A program made the position numbers and the translations under genes. Below the pieces are notes generated by a model. The model made no database searches. It had not been told where the DNA came from and was given only the letters and a program-made list of their open reading frames with translations. DNA of 64,000 nucleotides from Nymphaea colorata (lineage: Eukaryota): positions 38,130,001 to 38,194,000 of the forward strand of contig NC_045138.2 of assembly GCF_008831285.2 (NCBI RefSeq), in the 5' to 3' direction. Positions 51,857 to 64,000 of this stretch are shown piece after piece (position 1 is the first letter of the stretch; every line of letters starts with the position of its first letter).

Positions 51857-53131
51857 CTACCTGCTGCACAGTGCAGAAATTAATAAGGCAGACTCAGGAT
51901 CTTGCTCATATATGTACCACAGATGCCGTCCACTAAGTTTCCGATCACCAACCACAACCCTCTGGAACGTTTTCTGTTTGGAATCGTAGAGAATCATATG
52001 AGACACCAGGACGAACTGGAGCAAGATTTTATCCTCCCAAATAATCAACGGCCAAGGACGGATATGCTTCATCCCAGATAATCCACTAGGGAAGCTTTCT
52101 AAGGAAATCTGGTGCCTTTTAGTCCAAATATTGCTTTCGTAATCTTCAAGTACCCAAACATTCAATCCAACCTCTGCCTCATGGTTCATGAGAACCAGAT
52201 TACCCTCGACTTCAGCTAGCTTCAAGTGGAAAACCTCTTCAAGTCCCGCAGGCAACGCCTTCCGCCTAAATTCCTCCTTTGTGAGATCAAAAGCATAAAG
52301 TACTGAGTAGTTCTTCTTGCACAGATAACCGATGCGTATGATCCAATGCAGGCTGCCGTGGCAAGGAGTGCTCCGAGAACTGCACACGAAATGGTGACCA
52401 AATGGCAAGCGACCGACCTGCCTCCAGGATATATCTTTGCCTAGACTCAGTACCTCACATTCGCACACAGGATACGAACTACCTGAAGCTTTGATGCCGT
52501 CCCAAATATAAACTGCTTTGAACTGCTTTCTGTGCGCATCAAAACCAAAGCCATAGCTGTAGGCAAACTTATACCGTGCTGCTGTAGTTTGAGGCAGAAT
52601 GGCGAACTCACCTGTGACAGGGTTGCACAGACACAGGGGATCTGACTTACTCGCAAACAAAACCAAACCCTTACATGGTGGTAACATGTTGAACCCTCGA
52701 CCTTTCGGGCAATATTCCAAACTCAATATCTTGGCAGGCTCATTGTCGTCATTGATGCGGCCATTAACAATATCTTCACATTTTATGTCCATGCCATATA
52801 TGGATGGAGGCATATTCATCCATCCGAAGGAGATAACTTGGAGGCCATGGCGACGAGAGGCATCTCTGATGCTCGTAAAGAAAGGAGGACGTCGGTCATG
52901 GAGGGTTAAGTCGTGCAGGCTGAGGTGCTTGTGAATGAAATATGAGTCATCGATGAGCTGACGCCATGACTTGCACACTGACCTGAACCTCAACAGGTCC
53001 TTGGTGGATACGCTCGGCAAAATGCACTCGGCCACCACATCCAAGGGAATCGTTTCTTCATTTGCTTCCTCCCTTGTTCCCATCTTCGTTGCGAGGAGAT
53101 GTTGAGGAACTAATTTAAATTGCTGATCCAT
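51857..53131 (-). CDS. F-box/FBA-domain protein, copy 5 (divergent, intact, 424 aa)
   Basis: ATG 53131 (MDQQFKLVPQ, homologous to the paralog starts). F-box IPLDVVAECILPSVSTKDLLRFRSVCKSW and the same FBA motifs. No disabling lesion seen. Confidence 0.9.
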   Translation of the reverse strand: MDQQFKLVPQHLLATKMGTREEANEETIPLDVVAECILPSVSTKDLLRFRSVCKSWRQLIDDSYFIHKHLSLHDLTLHDRRPPFFTSIRDASRRHGLQVISFGWMNMPPSIYGMDIKCEDIVNGRINDDNEPAKILSLEYCPKGRGFNMLPPCKGLVLFASKSDPLCLCNPVTGEFAILPQTTAARYKFAYSYGFGFDAHRKQFKAVYIWDGIKASGSSYPVCECEVLSLGKDISWRQVGRLPFGHHFVCSSRSTPCHGSLHWIIRIGYLCKKNYSVLYAFDLTKEEFRRKALPAGLEEVFHLKLAEVEGNLVLMNHEAEVGLNVWVLEDYESNIWTKRHQISLESFPSGLSGMKHIRPWPLIIWEDKILLQFVLVSHMILYDSKQKTFQRVVVGDRKLSGRHLWYIYEQDPESALLISALCSR

Positions 53132-55150
53132 GATGCAGAATAACAACCAACAATGAATTTTCTCATTCAAGTAGCAACCAGAATAAACAGTTCACGAAGT
53201 AACTCCTATATATAAATAAAGACGACGAAAAAACAAACGCGAGAAACAACAACCAACCTAACAAGCAGCACATTAAGTGATTGTAACCAATGCTGAAAAG
53301 AACCCATGAGAAGAGCAAGTAGGAGAAAGGAGATAGTGTTGCTTATCACGAAGAGTCGACGTGCTGTAACGAATTAATCAAGTTTAAGTATCATATGAAT
53401 TTCTATATCTTTTTGCCTCAAAATGTATGCAACTAGTAGAAAATCTCCCTCGAGTACGTACCACCTAACCACACGGCTTCTACAGTGGAACACTCTCGCA
53501 AAAACAAAGGAAATAAAAAAAAACTCAGCACCACATTAAAGAAGAACAAATGTCGAAGGCAGAACCTGGTTATGGAGAAAGCTGATAATTATCAATATCA
53601 TGTTATGGGCTGTTCACGTTTTGGGTCAATAACAGTGTCATAGCATAATCGAACACGAAGAGAAAATTGAAAACCGCTTAAGGGGGGAGATCAATACCTT
53701 TACAAAAGGAATCCCAAGAGCCGACACAGAGGCGAGACGAGCGAGAAAAGAAGAAGTTGGGCGAACGTGGTTTTGGGCACCCAAATACCCAAAATCAAGT
53801 TTATGCCCTAAATGGCATCCGCTAAATAAAATTCTGAAAAGAAATTAAAACGGGCCCAATTAAGTTTTCCAGAACTTTTTTAGAAGCTCTATAAACCAAA
53901 CTATCAAGCCGAAAAAATTTGCAAAGTTGTTCATAACGCCCGTTTGCTTTCCAAAATTTTTGTTGGGACGACTCTAAAATTTTTAAAAATGAATGGGGCA
54001 CATTATGCTTTCCAAAATTTCTGCTGGATAACGGGTAAAATTTTTAGTTTTCATAATTTCAGGGGACACCATGGCCCCTGCTAGTCCGTCCGTGAGAGGA
54101 GGGGGTGAAGGTCGCCACCACGGCGAAGGTGCTGACAAGTTTGTGCATAGAATTAGATTCAGAAAGGAGAAAGAGAAAGAAGAAACATAGGTGGTAGATC
54201 TGGTAGGAGAAAATTAATAATGTTCAACGAAGAAAAGTTATGAAAGAATGAACTGGGAAAAATGAAGGCAAGCAATCTGATATGATAGTTCAACCTGTAG
54301 TCCAAAAATTTCGGAGCCTTTTTGGGTTCACATCCAACGATTAAGGTTCCAATGAAGAGGGTGCTCGGACACTGAACTTGGCACTTTTTTTTTTATTACA
54401 GTTAACTAGAAATACTGCCTTCAATCAAAATACGCAAGTATTCAATAAATGGAAATCCACAATGTTTTATTTTTGTCTCCTAAATTGTTCAGACGCATGA
54501 TTGGAGTTATCTTGAATGGAGAAGCAAGGTACCTTTGCTAATGATATGTTATTTTCATGGCATCTAGGTGGATGCTTTCAAAAATTAAACATCATGTGTT
54601 CAGTGGCTTCCATAAGACACTTATTTTTATGTCATTTTCCATGGAGAATGTAGTCTTATGCTAAGAGCTGGAACGGCATCTTTGGGGAAGAACTGGGAGG
54701 ATTTTATTGAAATGGGTATCTAGGATTTTTTTAAAAAATTTCGTTGACAATATTTTCGCTTCTTTTGGTACCTGCTGGTGTTTGGTTCGGTAGAGATTGC
54801 AGATGATGAGAGAGGCCCTCTATTTTCTGCAAAAATATGATTGTAGTCCCTATCATGCATGGTAATAGCATTGTTGACAGTATATGTCATTCCGACATAG
54901 AACATATAACATCGCCATTGTCTTTGCTCAATACAAAGCTTTCAACAAAATAACTTTCCTTTTAATGGAAGAACTTTCACAATTGATGACCAACATCGGT
55001 CGAAGAATCAGTTCTTCCCATTGCCCACAAGAACAGAACAACAAACAGAAAATGATCGGGAACAAGGAAAATCGCAACCAACTTCAAGAAATAGCTGGAA
55101 TCTGATGAAACCGATGATCATTTCAATCAAGAACAGACATGGTATTGCAA

Positions 55151-55687
55151 CTATGCACCAATCATAGGCCCTGCGCTCTTCGGTAGTTCAGGTGATTGTA
55201 CTCCTCTCAAAGTGATAATGATGAAGGGAACAGGGACCTGGTTGGGAAGCCACAGATCCAGAATGCTTGTACCATTGGCTTTCACGCTGTTCTCATCCCT
55301 AACCTCCGACCAACCTCTTGATATCTTGAAGCTCCCTTTACCTGCGTAAGTCCTGTGAATGGTGATCAACGCCTCCCCTTTAGGGTGAAATGCCAGTAAT
55401 TGCAGGTTGATCGAACCGGAGTCGTCAACTTGGGTTATCCTTTTCCTCTGTTCCTCCGTCAACAGCGGCTTGATCATGTCAATGGCATCCTTGGGTATGG
55501 TTGGTGATCTGAACCCGTTGAATGTTACATGAAGTTTGAACCAGTGCACTACATGTCCTAAGTCTCTGTGGATTTGGAAGTGGGGGAACTCTGGGACTTG
55601 ATCTCCATGGATTCTACCTTGAGGATGTGGTACCCTGCAAAAAACGGGGGAAAATTCCGCAGCTTGAAATAGGTTGTATCTAGAATA

Positions 55688-55772
<85 letters not shown>

Positions 55773-57497
55773 ATATATATATATATATATACCTCCGAAA
55801 TTTTCTCAAATAGGAAATGCCAACCCTGTGATTTTTTAGCAAATCGTGCGTCCATCTTTTGTGGAACTAGTTTACAAACAATACAATTTTTTCTCGAACA
55901 AAATAAGTTGTTTTATCTTTTCTTCATCTAAATGATATTTCAAACTTAACCAACAAAGAAAGAGTACCTGACATGATTGGTAGGCTAATGCTAGTTTTCC
56001 TGTATTATTAACTATATGGACATGAGGCTTGTGGTTTCTTTAGAAAAACTTTGCCGTCTGACCTATCCAATTCTACCACATAAATAAACAGTTGACGGAG
56101 TACTTTCAAGGATCATGAAGTGCACGATCGGTTATATCTGATCCTGCGGACACATTGTTTTAGACATTTTATGAACAAAAAGCATCACGAATCCTGAAAA
56201 TTTTCTTGCCACATACCACATATATAATTTTGCCACGTACCATCCGAAATATGCATGATAAGTGCATGGATATGTTGAACTTAAGATCTTTAGTTGCCTT
56301 CCTATGTCCCAAAGTTTGCCCATTTTTAAGCATTAAGCGAAGACTACTTGCTCCCTAACATCACGTACACCCAGCGTGCAAATGAAAATACAAACTAATA
56401 GAAAATAAAAAGAAAAAGACGATCTCATTATATACATAATACATATATATATAATAATAATAATATATAAAATATATATTGATCACTGGTCCACCCACTC
56501 ACATACGTGTACACTTTTTATGTATATATATTTTTGCATTTTTCAAATGATTAACTTAATATATATTCCCCATCAACTTATTCTTGAGATCATATATATC
56601 TGTAAGGTTAGATTGATAAAATACACCTTAATCGTTGAAGTAATCGGGCTTTTGTCGTTGTCCACTCACTGATTTCTACACTTTTCGAAGTTAACTAATT
56701 TATCACGTTGATGTGTTTTTCGCGTCCAAGCCTTCGAAAATCACCACAAAATTCATATCTTCTAAACATGTAAGTTTTATAAGCTAAAACAAATTCCGAC
56801 TATGATCAACCATTACATTTTCATAAAATACTAGTCGCACCGCCTAAAATATGCCGTTCTTATATGGACGTACATTCGATATTCCGGTTACGCAGATCAC
56901 ACACATACGGCAGATCTACAAACAAATGCAAGTAAAAAATGTAAAAAAATATATAAAAAAAAAATTATTGCGAATGGTCCTCCAATCAAAAACACCTACT
57001 GGAGTGAGTAGGAGTGTGTGTGTTTGTATAACGTAAGAGTGAGAGGCAGAGAGAAGTGGTCTTCAACAGTATCAACTGTCTTCACAAGTAGTGAAAACCT
57101 GCATACAGAAGATTGATCAAGAGATGACTTACGTCACTCTCTCTCTCTCTCTCATACAGAAGATTGATGAAGAGAAGAGTTACTGTCACTCTCTCTCTTT
57201 CTCTCTCTCTCTCTCTCTGTCTGTGTGTGTGTGAAGGACATGAAGCGTACGTGATTAGCACCTCTTGAACCATGGCATATATACTTACTCAGCAACCGCC
57301 ATCGTGTTCGGCCTCTTTCTGGGATTTCCTGCCATAGTAGTGTTCATCTGATCCGCTAGCCTTGCCCTCGGAGGACGAGGAGGAAGATGATGAGCAGGAT
57401 GGCAAAGGACGTTCTCCCCGTACTGCATATTGTATGAGCGTGCAATGCCCACAGTTTTCTGGGATCCCCTGCACCCAGAAACCGAGACCGTGTGCAT
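55151..57497 (-). CDS. Two-exon B3-like (DUF313-type) protein
   Basis: Exon 57497-57289 (start ATG uncertain; ends MAGNPRKRPNTMAVAE, donor GA|GTAAGT) joins in phase to exon 55634-55151 (acceptor TTTTTTGCAG). Exon 2 has TIPKDAIDMIKPLLTEEQRKRI...SFKISRGWSEVRDENSVKANGTSILDLW, resembling the LTEEE and GW..V..N.LK....LW pattern of single-B3 DUF313 proteins. Confidence 0.6.
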
Positions 57498-58519
57498 CTC
57501 TGCATATAATCTTTCCGTTTATTCTCCCTTCGCCTCTTAATGAGAATTCAATGAGCATATGATTCTCCTCTTGCGAATTGGAAATGTGTTTGTTAAATTG
57601 GCCAAAAGGGTGATGGTGAATGACGACAAACTCTTTTGGAGTTTCCTTAATCTTCTCCTTCCTTCCAACTGTGTTCCTTTTGTCTCATTATCCGTGCTTA
57701 TTAACAAGAGATCATCAATCAATTAAAATTTTAAAAATAAAGATGCCAATAAGATAAATATCAATAATAATATATTTTAGTTCTTTTTCGAACAGCTGTA
57801 TTTTTCACCGTGAGCTCGTTTAGTAGAAAAGAGATACCCATCTAAAGATTCTTAAGGCCAACGGGGAAAAGGAAAAGATATTTTCAAGCATATTAACAGA
57901 TGCATGTGTTCTGATGTCATTTTATTAGAAAAGACAACTGTAACTGGATAAATTAGCTCAACGGGTGTTTGAGTGGTGGAGAAGAATATCCGTGATAGTA
58001 TATTCTATATGAACCATAGACTCCATTCAAACATGGAAAACCAAGTCGAAAACGGGCTTATAGCACAATTTTTTGTCACACCCAGCAATAAAAGAGATAG
58101 AGAAGTGCAGATCATATATATGTCAATAGTCTACAAGGTAGGTAGGAATGGTTATGAAGAAGAGAAAACTATTATTTGTTTGTATGGTTTTGTGGTATAA
58201 GAATAATGTCAAGCCTCTACTTTTCGTGTTCAGTTAAAGCTTTTGGAACAGCAAAGCAACTCTGAGGTTGTGTATTGATCTTAATGGGTGTTAGATTCAG
58301 GCCCAGATATTTCTTGAATCTAGATTTTACGCTTGGATGTTTTGTTGGTTTAAGTTTGCAAATTGCAATTGGTTAAATCTCGGCCGGCTAATGCCTTTGT
58401 TTACATTTCGAATCCCTTGCATTTTCTCCTTGTTTGGCCTATGTATTACCACCAGAAACAGGCCACATTTAGGGAAAGTGTCGCCTCCTAAACTAAGAAT
58501 GATTTGTCTTTTCTCATAA

Positions 58520-58680
58520 CAGAGAGAGAATTTGTCTTTTCTGATAAAAGGGAAAGCGCTAATCTAAGACTGATTTGCCTTTTTATCACAAATGAGGGAG
58601 AGAGAGAGAGATTTGTCTCTTCTCATAAAAAAGAGTGAGAGAGAGAGACATTTGTCCTTTTCTCATTAAGAGAGTGGGGG
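58520..58680. repeat. Short degenerate tandem repeat, about 4 copies of AGAGAGA..TTTGTCTTTTCTCATAA
   Basis: Copies near 58521, 58601 and 58640, with partial copies near 58500 and 58572. Confidence 0.5.
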
Positions 58681-59045
58681 AGAGGGCCACCTCTACAAGG
58701 AAAGAGGGCTGACGTTTAAAGAGAATCGTTTTTGGTGGAAAAAATAAATGGAATCGAAGATTTTGTTGAGATGTTACAGACATAACACAAACTAATGACA
58801 CTTGAAGACATCCGCATAAATGAGAATGGGAGTATATACTCTCAAATATATGGACATAAATGGGAGGTCATATTCGACTGTTGCTTTTTACAAGGCAAAA
58901 GTAAAATGATGTTGAAAAATTACTGACTAGAAACGTTAGAAAAATAATGTTCAACGACCAACATATGAACAATCTGTCATGCATAACAAGATGCCTCGCA
59001 CAATAAATGCTCTGAACAAAATTGGAATTACATCCTAAGAATACT

Positions 59046-62000
59046 TCATTTCTTTCTGCACTTATTTATATAAGTAAGGAAAGCAGGCACTGAGTTATTC
59101 TTTAGTGGTGCACATAAACGAGCCGATCGCCTTAAAACAAATGCATCTGCCTTAACCATCTGAACCATCTCTTTGGACCTCTTCTGCATTGCAAAACTGC
59201 GACACAACAGAATCAGGGTGATTGTGATAGTTATAAACATATATGTTTGTGAATTGTGGCAATGACATCCTTGCAAGACAAGGAATGGGGGTTAACAGTG
59301 CTTGGTGTTCTGGATCCTCAGACATCCGTGTATGAATTATGGAGACAAATGAGAGTAAGTTTTTTCTCTTTTCCAGCTCTTATGAATCACCTCTCATTGA
59401 GACGAACAAAGATTAAAACAATCGGAAAGCTGAGGATGGACACAGCTCAAGAGGGATCTAGCAATTGGGTGTACAAAATGCACAGAAGAAATGACAAATG
59501 ACAAAATTGGGAGTCACAATTTGCATATCTGACATCCACGTGGAAGTTTGCCAATGACAACCATTAACAGAATACTGCATGGAAACCAACACATAAGCAG
59601 CTGCTTGAACTAAATTCATAATTTAAAGGATTCTAGATTCAAGTCAAAACATAGCCAATAATCAATAGAAATGTCCGTTTCTTAGCTAAAATCATACCAT
59701 ATTTTTGTATATTGCTGCTCCAGCTGTTCTTTTAGAGCCAGTTCTCTCTCGCCTTTTGGGTTTAACGATGCCATTAGGCCATCAAGCTGAAGAAACAAGG
59801 CAGGAATTAAAACAGCTGTATAGAAAGTAGCATGGGGAAAAAAAGGAGAGAGAGAGAGGACTTAGCCTAAAAACAGTTTGCCAATAGCATACTTCTTCCT
59901 GGGATGAATAGAAGCCCCACTGTACATGATCATCACTTTCAACAAATACTTTTCCTTCTCTCTTGAAAAACCAGTATATGTTGTGGTTTCGGTCCTTCCC
60001 TAGAGAATTTGTCCTTATAACCCGCTTTTCTATCTCTTTGTTAAAGTGCTCTTGCTGTAACATCATAAAAATCAAGTCACTCAACAGCAACGAAAAGACC
60101 AACATACCCTCTTTTCATGCAACCCTACCTTCTCTTCTTTAAGCATTTTTTCTCTTGCTTCCTTCGCTTTTGTAGTCCTTTGTGCACGCAGTCTTTGACT
60201 TTCCTCAGACCTCTTTAACTCTCTCTCTTTCTCCACCATTATCTTTGCTTCCTGCTTCTGCCTCATATTAGCCCTTCTTGCTGCAAGAACAGCATGCCTG
60301 TTATTCCTGAAAAAACCCATAATTTGAATGGTAGCAAACCCTCTAAATTGGAAAATAACATTTAACAGATAAAACCATCAAATTGCTGTGCAAACTAGAC
60401 CAATGATTATAATTAAGGATATAATGTGAAGAGTCAGGAGACATACTTATTTTCTTGTTGCGAAGCTTCAAACTTCAGAGGCTCATTGCCTTGAACCCTT
60501 AATAATGCTTCAATGGGTTTACAGCAAATCTTGGTCTTACTAGTAGTTGATCTGCCATCCAACGCAAAAGGATTTCCACGCAAGTTATCCTTCCCTTCAG
60601 GTTTTATCTGTTTTAGTTTCTTCTCCTCTCTTCTTTTTTGTAATTCTTCTAAGTCTTCCTCACGTTTTGTGGCCACAAGAGCCTGTGTTTGCTCAATGTA
60701 CTCATGCAACTGCCCCCTGACCATATCCGTTATAAGAGCATAGGATACTAATTCACCCAAAACAATTAATTTGATCCGAACATCAAGCTTATAGTAGCTT
60801 GCATCCTTTAGTTTCAATAAATGCTTTAGAATCTTAATCTGATTTTCCTTCTCAAAGAAATGACACAAATGGTCCACCCAATTTGCCGATGTAATCTGAT
60901 CGCAGAAAAGATTAATCAGAATAAAAATGCAAAATGACCCAGTAACAGTGGTTTTCAAAAATATGGTTGCGCTAATAATTCAGATCCATAGCAATCTGAA
61001 GTGGAGAATTTGAATTCACATTTTTTTTCTAGAGTTACAGTAGACAGGATAAACTAACTGCAATTAAACCAGTAGTTATAAATGATACCTTTGGCATTTT
61101 CTGTTCATTAATCAATCCAGACCGCTTGCCATTATCTGTAAGGATTACATTTAGAATTGCTAAATGTACCTCAAAGATAAGGTCTAGGTCGCCAGTACTG
61201 TATACAATAGCATTTTCAAAGTCTTCGAGGGAAAAAGGAGATAAGTGTAAAAGCTTGTAGAAGGTAGAGCAGAAATCCCAAACCATTATAAGGTTCCCCA
61301 CACATTCCATGGGCACAGAGAACTTGGTGCAGGGAATGGGACGCTCAGTGTAAGTTGGATCCCCAGCAACAGGCATAACTAACAGATCATCGATGGGGTA
61401 TTTTATCTTTTCCAAGTTCATTTCCCTATCCTTTAAGCAGTAGCATGATCCATCAACCAAGGGCACATTATTCAACTGTAAGTCTGGACCTGAAAGAGAA
61501 TGAGAATTTTGTAAAGTCATGGCAAAGGATTGATTACAATATATATGAATATTATGAATTTAGAGAGATGATGCATCAAATTTATTAATAGCAAAGACTG
61601 ACAATCATATCATGGCTTCTCTTCGAAGAGCATCTCCAATAGTAGTAAACAATATAAAAAAGCCTTGCAATACCGTGAGCAGTTCGGCTCTTAACTAAGC
61701 TGCAATGTTTTGAAGTCATGCACCAATGTGCAACAGAAAGTGGCACCCTGGTGACTAATCCATATAAGCTATTCATGATAACATCCAGTGGAATTGTTAA
61801 ACCGTAAATGCCTTAACAGTCGAGCAAAATTTTCAAAAGTGAGCCATCTATCTGCCAGCAGTCTGCAACATCTCTTATGAAATTAAGGAAAGCATTTATA
61901 ACAAATTTAAAACTAAGAAGGCATAGAAGGCTGTAAGCAATAACCTGTCTCTTTTCTCTGCAGAGGATTGAATCCATCAGCACTCCCATGCAGCCTTTTA

Positions 62001-63705
62001 ATTTCATCGATAAATTCCCTCCCAAGCTCCTAAGACAAAATTATACTCAAGTGCTCACCAACAAAAATGGAACCCCAATCCACACATGATTTACTCAAAC
62101 TTACCAGCACCCCTGTACTGTGTGCTTCCTGGCTATTAAGCTGTGAACTTTTACTTGATACCTGACTCTTCATCACCTCAGGTGGTTCAGTAGGAATTCC
62201 ATGCTCCTGAGCTAAACTGTCATGTAGAACCCATGGAGAACTCTGTGTAGTAGAAGCTAAGATCAATGACTTGAGAAGTTTTTTAGAAAAAGGTTGCTTC
62301 TTCCGGCTCAAGTTCTCAGCCTTCTCAATGGATGTGCTGGTTACATTTTTTTTTCCATCTAGCCATGCAACTCCATAAGCTATATCATTAGCATCAGAAA
62401 TTTTAATAACCTTCAAAATTCTGCAACGAACAACCGATTCATCTTTTTGTCCATGCACCTCCTCGCCTTCTGAAAAGTGCCTTCTTAGTCTCTCGTATAT
62501 CATCGTAGCTAAATTATCCAAATTCATAGGACCTGCAGACATCAAATTCCATGAGACCTTTTTCTCTATCTGTTACACCTTGATAATCTTTTCACCTTCC
62601 TCAAAATGGTGGGAAGGAATCACATACATAAGTGAGGCTTCTTTTTTGCTTATATATACTTTTAGTTGACAAGAGAGCATGGTTATTATGTTTTACATGT
62701 TGATGATTATACATACAGCTTCAAGTTTTCTAGGACATAGAAATTTATTAGCTATGGCAACCCAGCCAAAATTTGGTGGATCCCTACCCATCCTGTGACT
62801 TAGCTCGTTTTGCACCAAAAATGCTATGAACCAAGACAACTGGTAGTGCTTGTGACCCCTTAAGTTTAGGGTACAGGTATCCAAACAAGTGAAGATTTCT
62901 GAAAATCTTTGATATAGGATTATTCAAGTCCTTCACATACTTGGGGTATGTTACATTACTGTCATCAATCTTATATATACTGTCGTTTTGCAAGTCTTTC
63001 CTCGTTCCTCAAACTACCATCATGTGTTATCTTCTAGCTGCCTTCCTCCAGGTCTTTAGTGGTCTTCATTTTCTATATCATTTTTGTCTGTCAATGATAA
63101 TCTGAGTGTTTTGAAAAGTTGTTGATATAATAATACACAAAATTGCACATTCCTGTCATCTGCAGTGTGGACATCTTTGCTGTAAAAAAAAAGTAACTGA
63201 GAATTCTTAGCGTGTCAGACATTGCAACCCAAGAGTTTCATGGTTACCATGCATAATTCTGGCTGTTTGTTGATGTAAAACAAAAATCCCCCAGTACGAC
63301 TCCCTTCTAGCAATAAAAAAGGGTCTTTTCTTACATCTTGTGGCAAAAGGTGCAGGACATGGAATTTATTGACTTGGATGTTTTAAGTTAACCCATCAGA
63401 AAGGTGCACAAAGCCCTTTCCACAGTTTACAGTTTATATGAACAGCCAATTGAAACAGCATATAAAGAAAGTGACAATAAAGCACCATTTAGATACAGAA
63501 CTACAAACATATAGGAGGGACTGAAATCTTACTAAACTGAACCAATTGCAATGCAGGGGCAATCAACTCCTTTGGTAATTGAAAAGTACCCTCTTTGCCC
63601 TTATCCTCGGACAGCAAAGCCTCCTCATAAGTGAAGCCAGACTTCCCTGTCATCTTACATGTCCATATTCGCTTACGATACAAATTTATCCGCTTCAAAT
63701 AGTCT
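59046..63705 (-). CDS. WAC + DDT + WHIM/WSD domain protein (ACF1/DDW1-like ISWI partner); 5'-partial, 9 exons in window
   Basis: Phase-consistent GT-AG exons: 63705-63533, 62532-62105, 62029-61945, 61489-61089, 60895-60447, 60306-60129, 60054-59893, 59786-59698, 59196-59046 (stop). Motifs: WAC (YRKRIWTCKMTGKSGFTYEEALLSE), DDT (GNLIMVWDFCSTFYKLLHLSPFSLEDFENAI), WSD (LGKDRNHNIYW; WGFYSSQEELDGLMASLNPKGERELAL). Confidence 0.92.
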
Positions 63706-64000
63706 CTGTTGAAAGCTAAGGAACATCTGTCATGGTCGAGAACCATTGGCTGAGCCGCTGAAGATAGTGTCCCTCTGTAACTTGTTGGCACCTTGCAGGA
63801 ATATGCTAATGCCGATAAACACTTTCCTTTTGACAGACGAATTGAACATGAATATGCATAAATGAATGCTATAAACATGTTATGGGCGAGCCAGTACTTA
63901 AGGCTCACAAACTAGTAAAAAGGCATCTTAAATTGGTCAAGTTAGCTTAGAGTAGCACTATAGCAATTTTAGCATCAGCTTTCCTTCACCATTTTGATGC

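Noticed and set aside
51850..51865. CAG|GTAGGT donor overlapping the stop of F-box copy 5, suggesting an extra exon
   Set aside because: No convincing downstream coding exon found; cannot be resolved without transcripts.
26742..53131. Calling the cluster an S-locus (SLF/SFB)
   Set aside because: No S-RNase or RNase T2 gene in the window, and FBA clusters are common. Needs phylogeny and expression data.

Overview
Flowering-plant nuclear DNA: spliced genes with GT-AG introns, (TA)n/(CT)n microsatellites and hAT-type MITEs. The flanks hold ordinary genes: a MACPF-domain gene (5' end outside the window), an intronless proteasome-assembly-chaperone-like gene, an A1 aspartic protease and a WAC/DDT-domain chromatin gene (5' end outside). 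The centre (about 21-58 kb) is a rearranged cluster with five intronless F-box/FBA copies (one clean, three with a single indel each, one remnant), built from inverted and direct segmental duplications. It also holds a two-exon 43-aa microprotein gene and B3-like (DUF313-type) genes. The main observation is that the 16 x ~197-bp tandem array at 31.6-34.7 kb is not an anonymous satellite. On the minus strand it reads as the amplified C-terminal half of a B3 domain, with the unique N-terminal half (FLFTKTLTKSDV), ATG, 5'UTR intron and TATA box on one side and the C-terminal tail and stop on the other. An orphaned F-box promoter copy points into it from the opposite strand. Family assignments come from motif recognition by eye; no searches were run.
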